A stretch of DNA of 64,000 nucleotides from Lytechinus pictus (lineage: Eukaryota): contig NC_087262.1 of assembly GCF_037042905.1 (NCBI RefSeq), positions 15,376,001 to 15,440,000 on the forward strand, read 5' to 3'. The notes below the pieces were generated by a model. The model saw only the letters and a list, made by a program, of their open reading frames with translations. It did not search any database and was not told the DNA's origin. Every line of letters starts with the position of its first letter. Within the stretch, counting starts at the first letter, position 1. Position numbers and translations under genes: made by a program. Positions 53,597 through 64,000 of this stretch are shown here, piece by piece.

Positions 53597-56500
53597 CTTA
53601 CAAAAAATTAAATTTGGGCCTTAGAGATTTCATATTTGGTAGTCAATAACATCATCTTTCATACTTTCAAAACTATGATTTTATTTTACATAACTACAGG
53701 GATCATATTTTCCAGTGGGTTTGGAGGGGAAAAATTGTTTTAGGTTGATAATTGCATGACCTGTTCCTTTCTCGTTAGGGTGCTATAAGGGACAATTTCT
53801 GAGATGATGGCTTTTTATCATTGAATAATGAAAATTTGAGGAAATCTGTTATGAAGGATACTAGCAAGTTGTGAGGGTTGGTGCATGTAATTTGCATTTA
53901 TACCTGAACCCATTATTGCTTTTGTATTTGAGATTTCAGTGTTGCTTTATTCAAAAGTTATTTTGGGTGGGGTGGTGTTTCCTAAAGCTATTCGTAAGTT
54001 ACACACAAATTTACACATGACTGGCAACTTGTTCTTGTGCTGAATGATAGACCCCATTCTTTGTCCACATTGACATTCATGGGGTGAGAGTGATTTCCTA
54101 AAACTTATCAAATTTCGACAAATTCTACATTCTCCTTTCAGATAATTGTTTTGAGTAATAACAGTTTTAATCTACTAAGATTGGATTTCAAGTCAATTTT
54201 AGCTGATGGGAATCAAAGTGATAGAATCTGATTCAGCACCCAATCTGCTTTATGAAACACCCCACCCCCCCCCCCCTCCTTGGTAGTAAACAAAATATAC
54301 TCCCTGGATGCGTCCAATGAAATTACCATTTTCCTTTGAGCCAGACTGCCAGCCAACCAAAGACCCCAGTTCAAGGTAATCATGTCAGTCTAATGATTTT
54401 ACAGTGTGCCATTGAATTCAGTCAACTGATCAACAAATGATATTATTCTTTTGAGAAATGTTAGCCCTGTGGGGGGTTAGATCAGTGAACCTCCAACAAC
54501 GTAAGAAATCCCACAAGACCTTATGTGTACATACTTTTTAGGGACAGTAACCATGTGATTATTGGTCTAGTGTCCAGGAAGTTCTAATTGGTTTTGTGGA
54601 ATGCATCCACTGAAAATTTATTGTCAATTTTCTGATATGTCAACAAAGGCTGCACTTAGTTTTTTTTTTTTGGGGGGGGTCTTCATTCTAATATTAAGGA
54701 CACTCACAAGACCCCTTTTTCTTGTATTTCCCGATTTGTTGTGATAAACAGATAATCTTCATACATTTAAATTTGCAGTCAATTGTTACTGTACTTTAAT
54801 AAAATTAATTAGAGCAGAAAATTGGCCTCGAGAAATACATGATGAATGTCATGTTCTATGAATTCCATATTTCGCCATTTTCTCTGTAAAATGAAAATGA
54901 TGTTGATGTCACAAACAACATATGGTCGGACGTATTATTTATTTCATGTTGGATTGGAAAGAAATAACTTAATCCTAGTTATGTTCTTTGTAACCGCATT
55001 GTATTGTCTTTGGTGAATACTCTTCAGATATTGTTTTACAAATTGTGGTTAATATGAATTATGCAATAAACTTCAAAAGAAAATGTATCAGGTATATGTG
55101 TAAAGCTTTATTTGTATATTTTTTATCACTTCCATGAATTGTGCCTGTTAAATGTGGAGGGTTGTTCTTAGGATATACAGAATAAGACTATTGAATTTCA
55201 AAGGGGCAGGATCATTTGAGATGCAATCACAGATCCCTCTCTTTGTCAGTTACAAGAATTTGAATACATCCGCACAAATCTTTTTTTTTTCTTTCTTTCT
55301 CTTAAGGGGATTGACACTTTTACACTTCTAAGACCACCATAGTGTTCTCAGAATCCATCCTAAAGTTACTTTATGTTTTTAATTAATGTGACAGCTTTTA
55401 TGAGACTATTACTGAGTATAAAAACTGTTGTGTTGTGAGAGTCAGAGGGCCAAACTCTTGAGTGTTGGAAGTAAACCATGGAATCTGATCATTACACCAA
55501 ATATATGTAGTAACGAAAAAAATATATATCATACAGAATGTGTTATTCAATTCAAATAAAACTTGAATCGTGGCATGAAGCCAAATTACAAAATTGTTGA
55601 CAAAATACATTTAAAGCAATAGAGGTACTAGTGTACAATAAAACAACATAACAGGATAAAACATGATTGATTGATTGATTAATTGATTTATTTTATTCAT
55701 ATATATATATATATACATCATTTTCAACATTACATATCATATTTATTAATATAAACATATATATATATATACATGAGTGGAGCATCATAAGCTCTATGAG
55801 CTTGAGAACGGTGTTCCAAGAAAAATACTATGATACATAAATTATACATTGGCTAAAATAATACATTCAATGATGCGAACATAAAATAAGAGGTCAGAGA
55901 AGAGCAAGAGAGATAGCATGAGGAGTGAGAAACAGAGTGGGAGAGAGAGAACTGAAAAGAAAGAGAGAAACATGAAGAGAGTACTAACAATATATAAAAT
56001 ACAAGACATAATGTTTTGATAACGAAGACTCATTGGTAAGGTATTTTGTTTGTATAATAATAATCACAAACAGCAAAGTAAGAATTACATATGTGTGGTG
56101 GTAAATTATGTAACCATGCAATGGTAATACAACATATATGATATTATTATCAGCCTTGTGTTTCATATTTTGAAAGAAGGAAAATAATCACAATTATTAC
56201 ATTGCATAAGACAATCAAAATTATCACATAAAATAACAAACAATATGACATGCATCAATGGCAATAATTACATAACATGGTATAAAAATATGCTGAAACA
56301 AGAGTTTTAGAATCAATCTGAATAAAAGGTATTGAAAATTAAATATTGTGCAAAATAACGAAATGAAATAAAATCAAAATGTTGATTGCCAGATCATGAA
56401 CAATTAAGAAGGGGAATGAATCATTGAGGATGGCAGGGCAGAAGGTCGGGTTACAGAAATATGGGAAACAAAGAAGAGGAAACTGTGTTTGGAATGGGAT

Positions 56501-57355
56501 ATGAAGGGTTAGGAGAAAAGTATATAGGAAGAATAATGAGAGAGAGAGAAAAGACGAAGAACGTGAAGAAAAAGAAGGGGAAGAGCAAGAAGAAACTTTA
56601 GAGGAAGAACATGAATGAGAGAGGGTATCTAATGGAATAATGGGAATTAAATGAAATACAACAACCATAAATAAATTGAACAAAAGATGGTGTTACTTAT
56701 AATAATACAGAATCGTTTACCTTATAGTTAATTAAAAGTTAACATAATAAATTTTCAAAGTTAAACGAGAAAAGATACAGTACTCTGTCACACCAAATGA
56801 ACTTAGCAAAGAAATGAGCATAGTTTAGAGGAAGGAGAAAGTGAAAGAGAAATAAGAAGAGAATAAGGAAAATGGGAGGGCGGGTGAGGATGGTGAAGAA
56901 GAAGAATTTCAGTAGTAGAAGGAGTATGTACATTATAGGGGAAGAATGAAAAAAAAAAAAAGGAGGAGGGAAAAGATGAGAAGAAAGTGGAAGAGTAAAA
57001 GGAAGAGCTGTACATAGGAAAGAAATACCAGAGAGCGGAAAAAGATGGAAATGGAGAAAGAGTTTATCCAAGGGAAGCTATAGGGTAAACACCCGAAAAT
57101 TGAACCAACACTATGACTTTAAAAACAAACATGACAATTTCATATCAAAATAAAATGTATCGCAAAAAGTAATAGGTGTGCAAATAAGGGAGCCAGTGAT
57201 ATATTAAATATCTACACTCACTTTTTCATTTGTATTTTATTAATGTTGATATACTAGATCTAAACTTGGTATGAATCTTTCGGGAAGTGCAAAATAAATA
57301 CATACGGTATATGATATTTTTTCCAGCTAGTAGATCAAGCTTTATCACCTATACA

Positions 57356-60168
57356 CAGCGGCGTAACAGGGGTCGGTGGCCAGGGGGGGCAAGAGCCAAA
57401 AATTTCCCGGTCATATCATGGTATGAGCAGGTGTAATGAGGCGACTATTTTGAGAAGGCCAGATATTGCGTATCAGGCAGAATTAATTTTTAAAAAAAAA
57501 GTTGCGAGCGAGCGAAGCGAGCGAGCAAAAATTTTGACCTTTTTAATACAAAAATCTAATTTTGTGATATATTTTGACATGATATCCAGAGAATAATATA
57601 TTTCACTTTTCTCTCTTTAGATTCCTTTTTTGTGGTCTGTGCGCCACTGTGAACAGGATTCTTTGCGGCAGTAGCGTGAAGAGTAAAAAAAAAAACCCAA
57701 AGGGCGCAGTATAGCACATGTGCTAAAAAGCTGCTTTAAATAAGTCCCGAGCGAGCGAAGCGAGCGAGAAAAAATCACCTTTTCCTGAGAATCTAACTTT
57801 GAGTTGTTTTTTATTCAGTAAATAAAATCATATCCTACACTTTTCCTTTGCTTTTCTTTTCTCCTTTTTTTGTTGTTCTTGTTTGTAGAACTTTTTGAAG
57901 CCATGCATGGCCCAACCCTTCCATACGCTGTGCTGTGCGGTTGGGGTCCGGGGCGGAGCCCCCGGAACTGCTTGATATCAAAGCCATTTAAACCTCGCAG
58001 ATTGCCGCTATTTTAATCAAATCGCGGGCATATACAGAATGTAGCTTTATTTTACACAACACATTTATTCAACCCAGTTGCGTAATGAACCAAATATTTT
58101 GAGGGAGCAAAACATTGCAATGTGGGAAAAATTTGTAAAAAGTCGCCAGCGTGCAAAGCGAGCTGGAAAAAAAATGCCCATTGTAATTAAATTCTAATTA
58201 TGTGATAGACTTTTCCATTATATTCAGCAAATAACACCCCAGAAGGAAAAACCAGTTCCACTGGACCAGTTAGACCAGTATAATTTTAACTGGTAACTCT
58301 GGAAATTGGAACATCGGTTTACTGGTCTAACTGGTCATACTGGTCCAGTTAAAATTTTACTGGTCCAGTTAAAAATTAACTGGTCTTGAACTACTGGAAT
58401 TTTATACTGGTCTTGTTTCTGGTGGTTGTTACTGGTCTCACTGGTCTTCACACTGGTTTCCAATTTCAGCTGGTCTTTACTGGTATTTTCTACTGGTCTG
58501 ACTGGTCTTCGAACTGGTCGAACTGGTCCTCGTACTGGTCTTACTGGATCAATTTATTACATGCATTTGGTTTGTTATATACCATGGTCAGTGAAATGTG
58601 ATGGAAAAATGGTTAGTAAAAATCTTTCTGCTGTTATTTTAAATGTGATGTATGAAATTACACATTTTCATTGTGAATTAGTTCACACACTTATTTAGAA
58701 AGTTTTTAAACAACAATGAGTGCCATTGCAAGGATATTCCATTCTAAATCCTGATTTTTCTTTTAAAAACAGGAAATATGCAAATGAGGTAAACCACGTG
58801 ATCAGCATCATCAGAATTACTGGTATTACTGGTCTTGACCAGTTCAATTTCAAACAATGAATTACTTTAGACCAGTTGACTCTATCAGAGGAATATATCT
58901 TGATTTATCTTAATCATTTAAAAAAGGAAATAATTATTTTAATGATAATGTTCATACTTGATAATTATGATAATATTAATAATAATAATTACAAAATCAA
59001 TAACAATGATAACAGTAATAAGAATGAAAACAACAATGATCATAATAATTATAATTATATTAATTATAAAAAGAATGATGATAACAATGATAAATGATAA
59101 CGGTAATAACTTTCTCTGAATTGCAAGATTCATTTTCCATAATTCGTCATAATTATGATCTGACTTGAAATAAAGTCATTATTTATTGGACCAGTACAAC
59201 ACCAGTTTGATGAAACACAATTTAACTGGTATTACTACTTTGTTTGAACTGGTCTCCAGTTGATTTTTACTGGTCCAGTTAAAAATCAACTGGTCCAGTA
59301 AACATATAGTGGAAACCAGTAAAAATCTACTGGAAACCATTTATTGGACCAGTAGCATCAGTTTGATGAAAAACAATTTAACTGGTATTACTAATTGCTT
59401 CAACTGGAATGCAGTTGTTGGAACTGGTCTCCATTCGATTTTTACTGGTCCAGTTAAAAATCAACTGGCCCAGTAAAAATATACTGGAAACCAGTAAAAA
59501 TCTACTGGAAACCAGTAAAAAAAAATACTGGTCTTACTGGTTTTTCCTTCTGGGACCTTTTATTGTTTCCATTCATTTCATTATACGTTGTCTCCTATAA
59601 TTTATTTTATTTCCTTTTGGGTGTGGAACCAAGACCCCCCCCCCCCCCGCCTGTCTGCCAGTGATTGAACGGGGGGCGTTATAGATGAATGTTATAAATG
59701 TAGAGCCCCTACTGCGTGGGGTCTGGGGCAAAGCCCCGGTAGCTTATTTGCATAACATTTAGCAAGCTTAAAGCACAATGTTGTATGCAGTCCATTAGCT
59801 TTTGACTAATTACATTCTACCTTCGTTTCCCGCAATTGTTTGCCATTTTGTCATCTTTTAATTTATTTCCCACTCTGCTATTGCATTACATAGGCCTATT
59901 TCGGAATGATTTGCTCTTTCTCATATGTTTTTCTTAATTTCGTACATTTTTCCGCTTTCCTTCCTTTTCCATTTAAAAAAAGTTTTTTTCTTTGTTTTCT
60001 TTTCACTTTTCCCTTTCCTTTTCCTCCTTTCCTTTTCCCCTTTCCTTCCCCTTTCCCTTTCTTTCTCCCTCTTTTTTTTTCTTTTTCCCGTTTTTCTTTT
60101 ATTTTCCCGGTGAAATCCGCCAGGGGGGGCAACTTGCCCCCCCTGCCCCCCCGCCTGTTACGCCACTG
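57356..60168. mobile_element. Non-autonomous hAT element (2813 bp)
   Basis: TIR CAGCGGCGTAACAGG / CCTGTTACGCCACTG; perfect 8-bp TSD CCTATACA at 57348-57355 and 60169-60176. Confidence 0.9.
58238..59554. mobile_element. CACTA/EnSpm-like non-autonomous element nested in the hAT element
   Basis: TIR CCCAGAAGGAAAAACCAGT / ACTGGTTTTTCCTTCTGGG, 2-bp TSD AC, dense ACTGGT/ACCAGT subterminal repeats, central (AAT)n. Confidence 0.8.
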
Positions 60169-60309
60169 CCTATACATGTCCGCAAAAAATTGTAATGAAA
60201 TAGTGAGTGTATGAAATCATTGTTGGATTTAAAGATCAATTTTAGTAACAACTTTATAATCAATTGCATATGCATGCGAATAATTAATTTTAGGTTGTTT
60301 TTTAATTTG

Positions 60310-60800
60310 AATTGACAAACTTTGATCATGGACCTATCGGTCCATGCTTTGATACAGTATACACTCTGTTCTCACAGAGAATTAGATGTTGGCGCCCTCT
60401 ATAATCACATTCAAGACAAATATGATAACAATCCGCTCGAGCTCCGGGATCAGTCAATTTTGCCGCAAATTAATGCACTGAAAAGATAAATTTCAAGTAC
60501 GAAGACAGTGCAAATATCAATTTTATCGAGAGGAATGGTCACATTGCAGAGCACAAAGTATGTAAATCATCTATGTTTTCATGCTGTATTCTGAGCTGAG
60601 TGGGGATTAACCCAGAGAGCTCCCGCCCGCGCAGGCGGGAGCTCTCTGGGTTAAGTGGGGATCTGTGTTGGGGGCAGTAAGTGGCAGTGCCAGTGCAGTG
60701 GTGGAGCTGGAGCGGGCGGCGCCGGGAGAGAACGCTGGGCCTGGCCTGGGATGGGGTGCCGGGTTTCCTTGGGCTCTCTCTCTCTGAAAATAAAAGCCAG
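60310..60800 (+). promoter_or_regulatory. Probable PAQR3 promoter, non-coding first exon and GC-rich start of intron 1
   Basis: CpG/GC-rich patch; donor-like AAA|GTATGT near 60556; downstream acceptor ctacag at 61576. Confidence 0.45.
60607..60654. repeat. Perfect 21-bp-arm hairpin flanked by TTAA
   Basis: TTAA-CCCAGAGAGCTCCCGCC-cgcgca-GGCGGGAGCTCTCTGGG-TTAA. Confidence 0.9.
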
Positions 60801-61671
60801 GCGATGGTGTGATGTGTTGTCATGATGTACCAGTAATGCACTAATAAATAAAATGTGAAGGAAAGGGTTATGAATTATATAGGTCCATGGTGATAATCAA
60901 TTGTATTTTAACAAAAAATTAAGAAATTAATAATGGTTGCTTTGCCTTTGACTTTGTCAATGTCATTGAGTTTGATTCACTCATTCAGAAGCCAAACCCA
61001 GGCCAAGGCCAAAAAGTCTTGATTAGCTAAGGGCCAGGCCAGGCAATGTTGTCAACAACAATGTTGTCAAAAAATATTGCTAAAGAATCAGCAGATAGTA
61101 AGATTTGAAATGTTACAACAATTAGATCAATACAAATGAAATAATAAAATCACCAAAACTAAAATAGGCTAATTTCTTAATTAGCAAATTCAAAGAAGTT
61201 TGAAAGCAATATGATCCTCATTTAGTTTCACTTCCTTGTTATTTAGGGCAAGCACAAGCATGATGAGGGAGGAGCTAAGCCTAATAGAACACGTTTATGT
61301 AGGAAATTAATTTATTTATATCATGTTTATATATTTTTTAATAATACACCATTTCTATATGCTGTCATTTCCACTTTTTATTCATGTATTTTAAAATGTT
61401 TTATTATGTAATATATGGTTATAATAATTTTGTAAATATTAAAAACAAATTTCCTGTATGGACTTGATAAATTGAATTGAATGAATGTAAAAAAAGACAA
61501 AATGTTAAATATGATTGGTGCTACAGCTACATTATATCTACTGATTTTCCCCCTTTCAATCTACACATTCTACAGCCAGGCAAAGAAGTGTCAACCCCCC
61601 CCCCCTCCAACACCCATCCTTGAGAATGCAAATACAAACCTGTTTAAAGACTACATGAAAGGTTTCTGAAG

Positions 61672-63605
61672 ATGAACTGGCGTGACATGACTTTGGATCC
61701 GAGGAAGGAGAAGAAAGGCATCCCTCTGTATTCATATAATGAAATACCTCACTTTATGCAAGGGAATCCTTACATCACTCATGGCTATAGAGCTTTCTTG
61801 TCGAGTGGACAGTGCTTTAGAAGGTGAGATTTAAAAAAAATTATATTAAATAAGGGAAATTAGCCCACAGATTAAGTAATTTGTATGCAAAGGCAGAAAA
61901 ATCAGAGAAATGTAATAAAGGTTTGGTGAGAATCTATTAAAGAATAAGAGATTGATCGTGATCTTTGCTAGCAGGGAAAAATTACATGGGGGCTCTGGGC
62001 AATTTCGCTCCCGAAATGCTCAGAAATGCTCAAAAAAAAACTTAAGGAAACTGAAAAAAGGAGCCCTTGAAAATCCCCATTTTGTTGCTATGTTAAAGCT
62101 TTTACAGTGCTTCAGATTCAGGAAGTAAGTTGTGAAGAGTAGTCCTCAATTGAATAAAAATTGATCTACATGTATTAACTGCTGACTCCCACCAGGCATG
62201 ATGTTCTCCCAACTAAAATTGGAATTCTGATTTTTTAAAATATTTTTTAAAAGATTTTTTTAATATTATTTTTGTTATTTTTATTTATTTCTTTTTTATT
62301 TGTAATCCTTTGTCAAAGAACATTCTTATGCTGTTTTTTTTACTGCTTTTTTAAGTCTAATGATAGAGCTATCATGCAGACTCACCTTGAAAAATCTCTT
62401 TCGAATTCTTTACTATGAAAGAGCTTGTAACCCCGACCAGGGCGTCTTGGACTTCGACAGGGACTTAGCCACCCTTGGCTACTTTTCAGATTTTTTTTTC
62501 AGAGGGGAATATCATGCCTGTCCCTCATGCCAACAGCTGCAATAATGTACCTTTTTTATAAGAGTATTTATAGCAAAAATTGTTTAAATATATAAGAAAA
62601 AATAAACAAATCGGAAAATGATAACCTCAGTAATTAACCAACAGCCTTGTTCATTGACATTTCAAGAAAACTTGCTTTAATTTTTTAAACGCAGTCTTCT
62701 TTTTTGATTGTTCACTTGATACAGTTTCTGTACCTGGTCCAATGAGACGATCAACGTATGGACTCACTTACTGGGTTTCTTAATCTTCCTTGGTCTAACC
62801 ATATATGATAACGTCATCATGATCCCGTTCTACCAGGGCTCTCTATTTGATCATGTGATCTATACAGGCTTCCTATCTTGCTATCAGGTGATCAGTCATC
62901 TTAAACCTTCCATTATTCAATCATAATATAGTGGTCTTTATTTTCCTTGATCTGACCATCTATGATTGCATCATGATCCCATTATATCAGCATATATTTG
63001 CATTTATATTTCATATCTCTTGAAATTGATGTTAATACTAATCAAATGTCAAATAAAATTATTGTTCAGAAATATGCAGCGTGTTTTCTCCAAAACGGGA
63101 CACTTTTCCTTAGATACAATTCTCACATGAGAAATCCCCTTGAGTACATCTCAACTTCAGGAAAGCTCCCCGAAGAACTCTTTTGCCAATAAGAATTTTT
63201 AGGATTACCATTCAGATGGGGAGTTGTCCTGTGGAGCCTTTCATGAAGTAGATAGGCGGTCATTTCCTCTGACAACTGTTATAGCAATTGAAATCTTTGC
63301 ATCTGATTGGCTTAGAGCAAATTAGTGAAAATCAGTGACAAACCTCTTTGTGAAATGCTCCCCTAGAATTTGTATTTCGATTGCACTTAAAAATTAATTA
63401 GCAGGAGATATATAATGATTAACTTGAAATGCGTCTTCTTTCTCTTTGACAGTTTTGTATGTTTGCCTCTGCTGCTTTTCACCTGTTTTCTGGTGGCAAT
63501 GAAACGATATACAAACGATGGTTTGGTATTGACTTGGCTGGTATTTCAGTAGGAATCATGGGATGTTATCTACCTGGGATATATTATGCTTATTATTGCT
63601 TTACG
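61672..63605 (+). CDS. PAQR3: Progestin and adipoQ receptor family member 3, partial; exons 61672-61823, 62725-62887, 63453-63605; continues beyond the window
   Basis: GIPLYSYNEIPHFMQGNPYITHGYRAFL, SNETINVWTHLLGF (ExxNxxxH), CMFASAAFHLF (SxxxH), WFGIDLAGISVGIMGCY..GIYYAYYC. Phases 2 and 0 are consistent. Confidence 0.9.
63230..63362. mobile_element. Decayed Harbinger-type MITE with a CCAAT core
   Basis: GGAGCCTTTCATGAAG / CTTTGTGAAATGCTCC; internal GCATCTGATTGGCT shared with 29720-29840 and 23922-24048. Confidence 0.55.
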
Positions 63606-64000
63606 GTAAGTGAATGTAACAACCCTGTCTCATAGTTTGAAACAATCATAAAGGTTATGATGAGTAGTTGTGGGTATAGGATATTGGCGTTAAACTGATT
63701 AAAGGTGATATCACATTTGTTTAAATTCCATGAAAAAATCCATGTGAAACATCATTCGACATTCAATGTTAACTGGTGAAATTGATTTCTGTGATCCCAA
63801 AATATTATCACTTAAAGTGCACAGACTCATACAATTGAATTATTGAATTGTTTTATTAGTTATTTTTTAAATTACAGAAATGTTGAAATGTCATATATAT
63901 GTTTGATAATGATTCTCTGTGTCTTTTTTATTGGCCCCTCAGTACGGAAGTACACTACATTAACTGAATAATTGCAGTCTTTTTTAATTTCACAAATTTC

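Overview
AT-rich, intron-containing animal genomic DNA. The repeat families and gene orthologues suggest an echinoderm such as a sea urchin (inference). Four spliced protein-coding genes can be rebuilt exon by exon with phase-consistent GT-AG junctions. (1) An ICME-like alpha/beta-hydrolase (+, CDS 10279-22283, 5 exons, about 397 aa). (2) Poly(ADP-ribose) glycohydrolase PARG (-, CDS 46774-29864, 16 coding exons, one clipped by a 309-N gap). (3) Mitochondrial ribosomal protein MRPS24 (+, 51635-52680), head-to-head with PARG. (4) The first three coding exons of PAQR3 (+, from 61672, running off the window). Most of the rest is transposon-derived: L2/CR1 LINE pieces, a solo LTR, tRNA-SINEs, Helentron-type HINEs, and non-autonomous Harbinger, Kolobok, Tc1, hAT, CACTA, Academ and piggyBac-like elements, often nested. 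Top observations: a p97/VCP-interacting motif plus a PIP-box and NLS in the PARG N-terminus; a 7SL/Alu-headed SINE split by a 2.5-kb palindromic foldback element and a MITE; a minimal hammerhead-ribozyme-like motif at 117-155; a 7.7-kb long-TIR element carrying a decayed WW-domain-like ORF; and three decaying tandem copies of a coding exon. No CRISPR, rRNA or genuine tRNA genes were seen.
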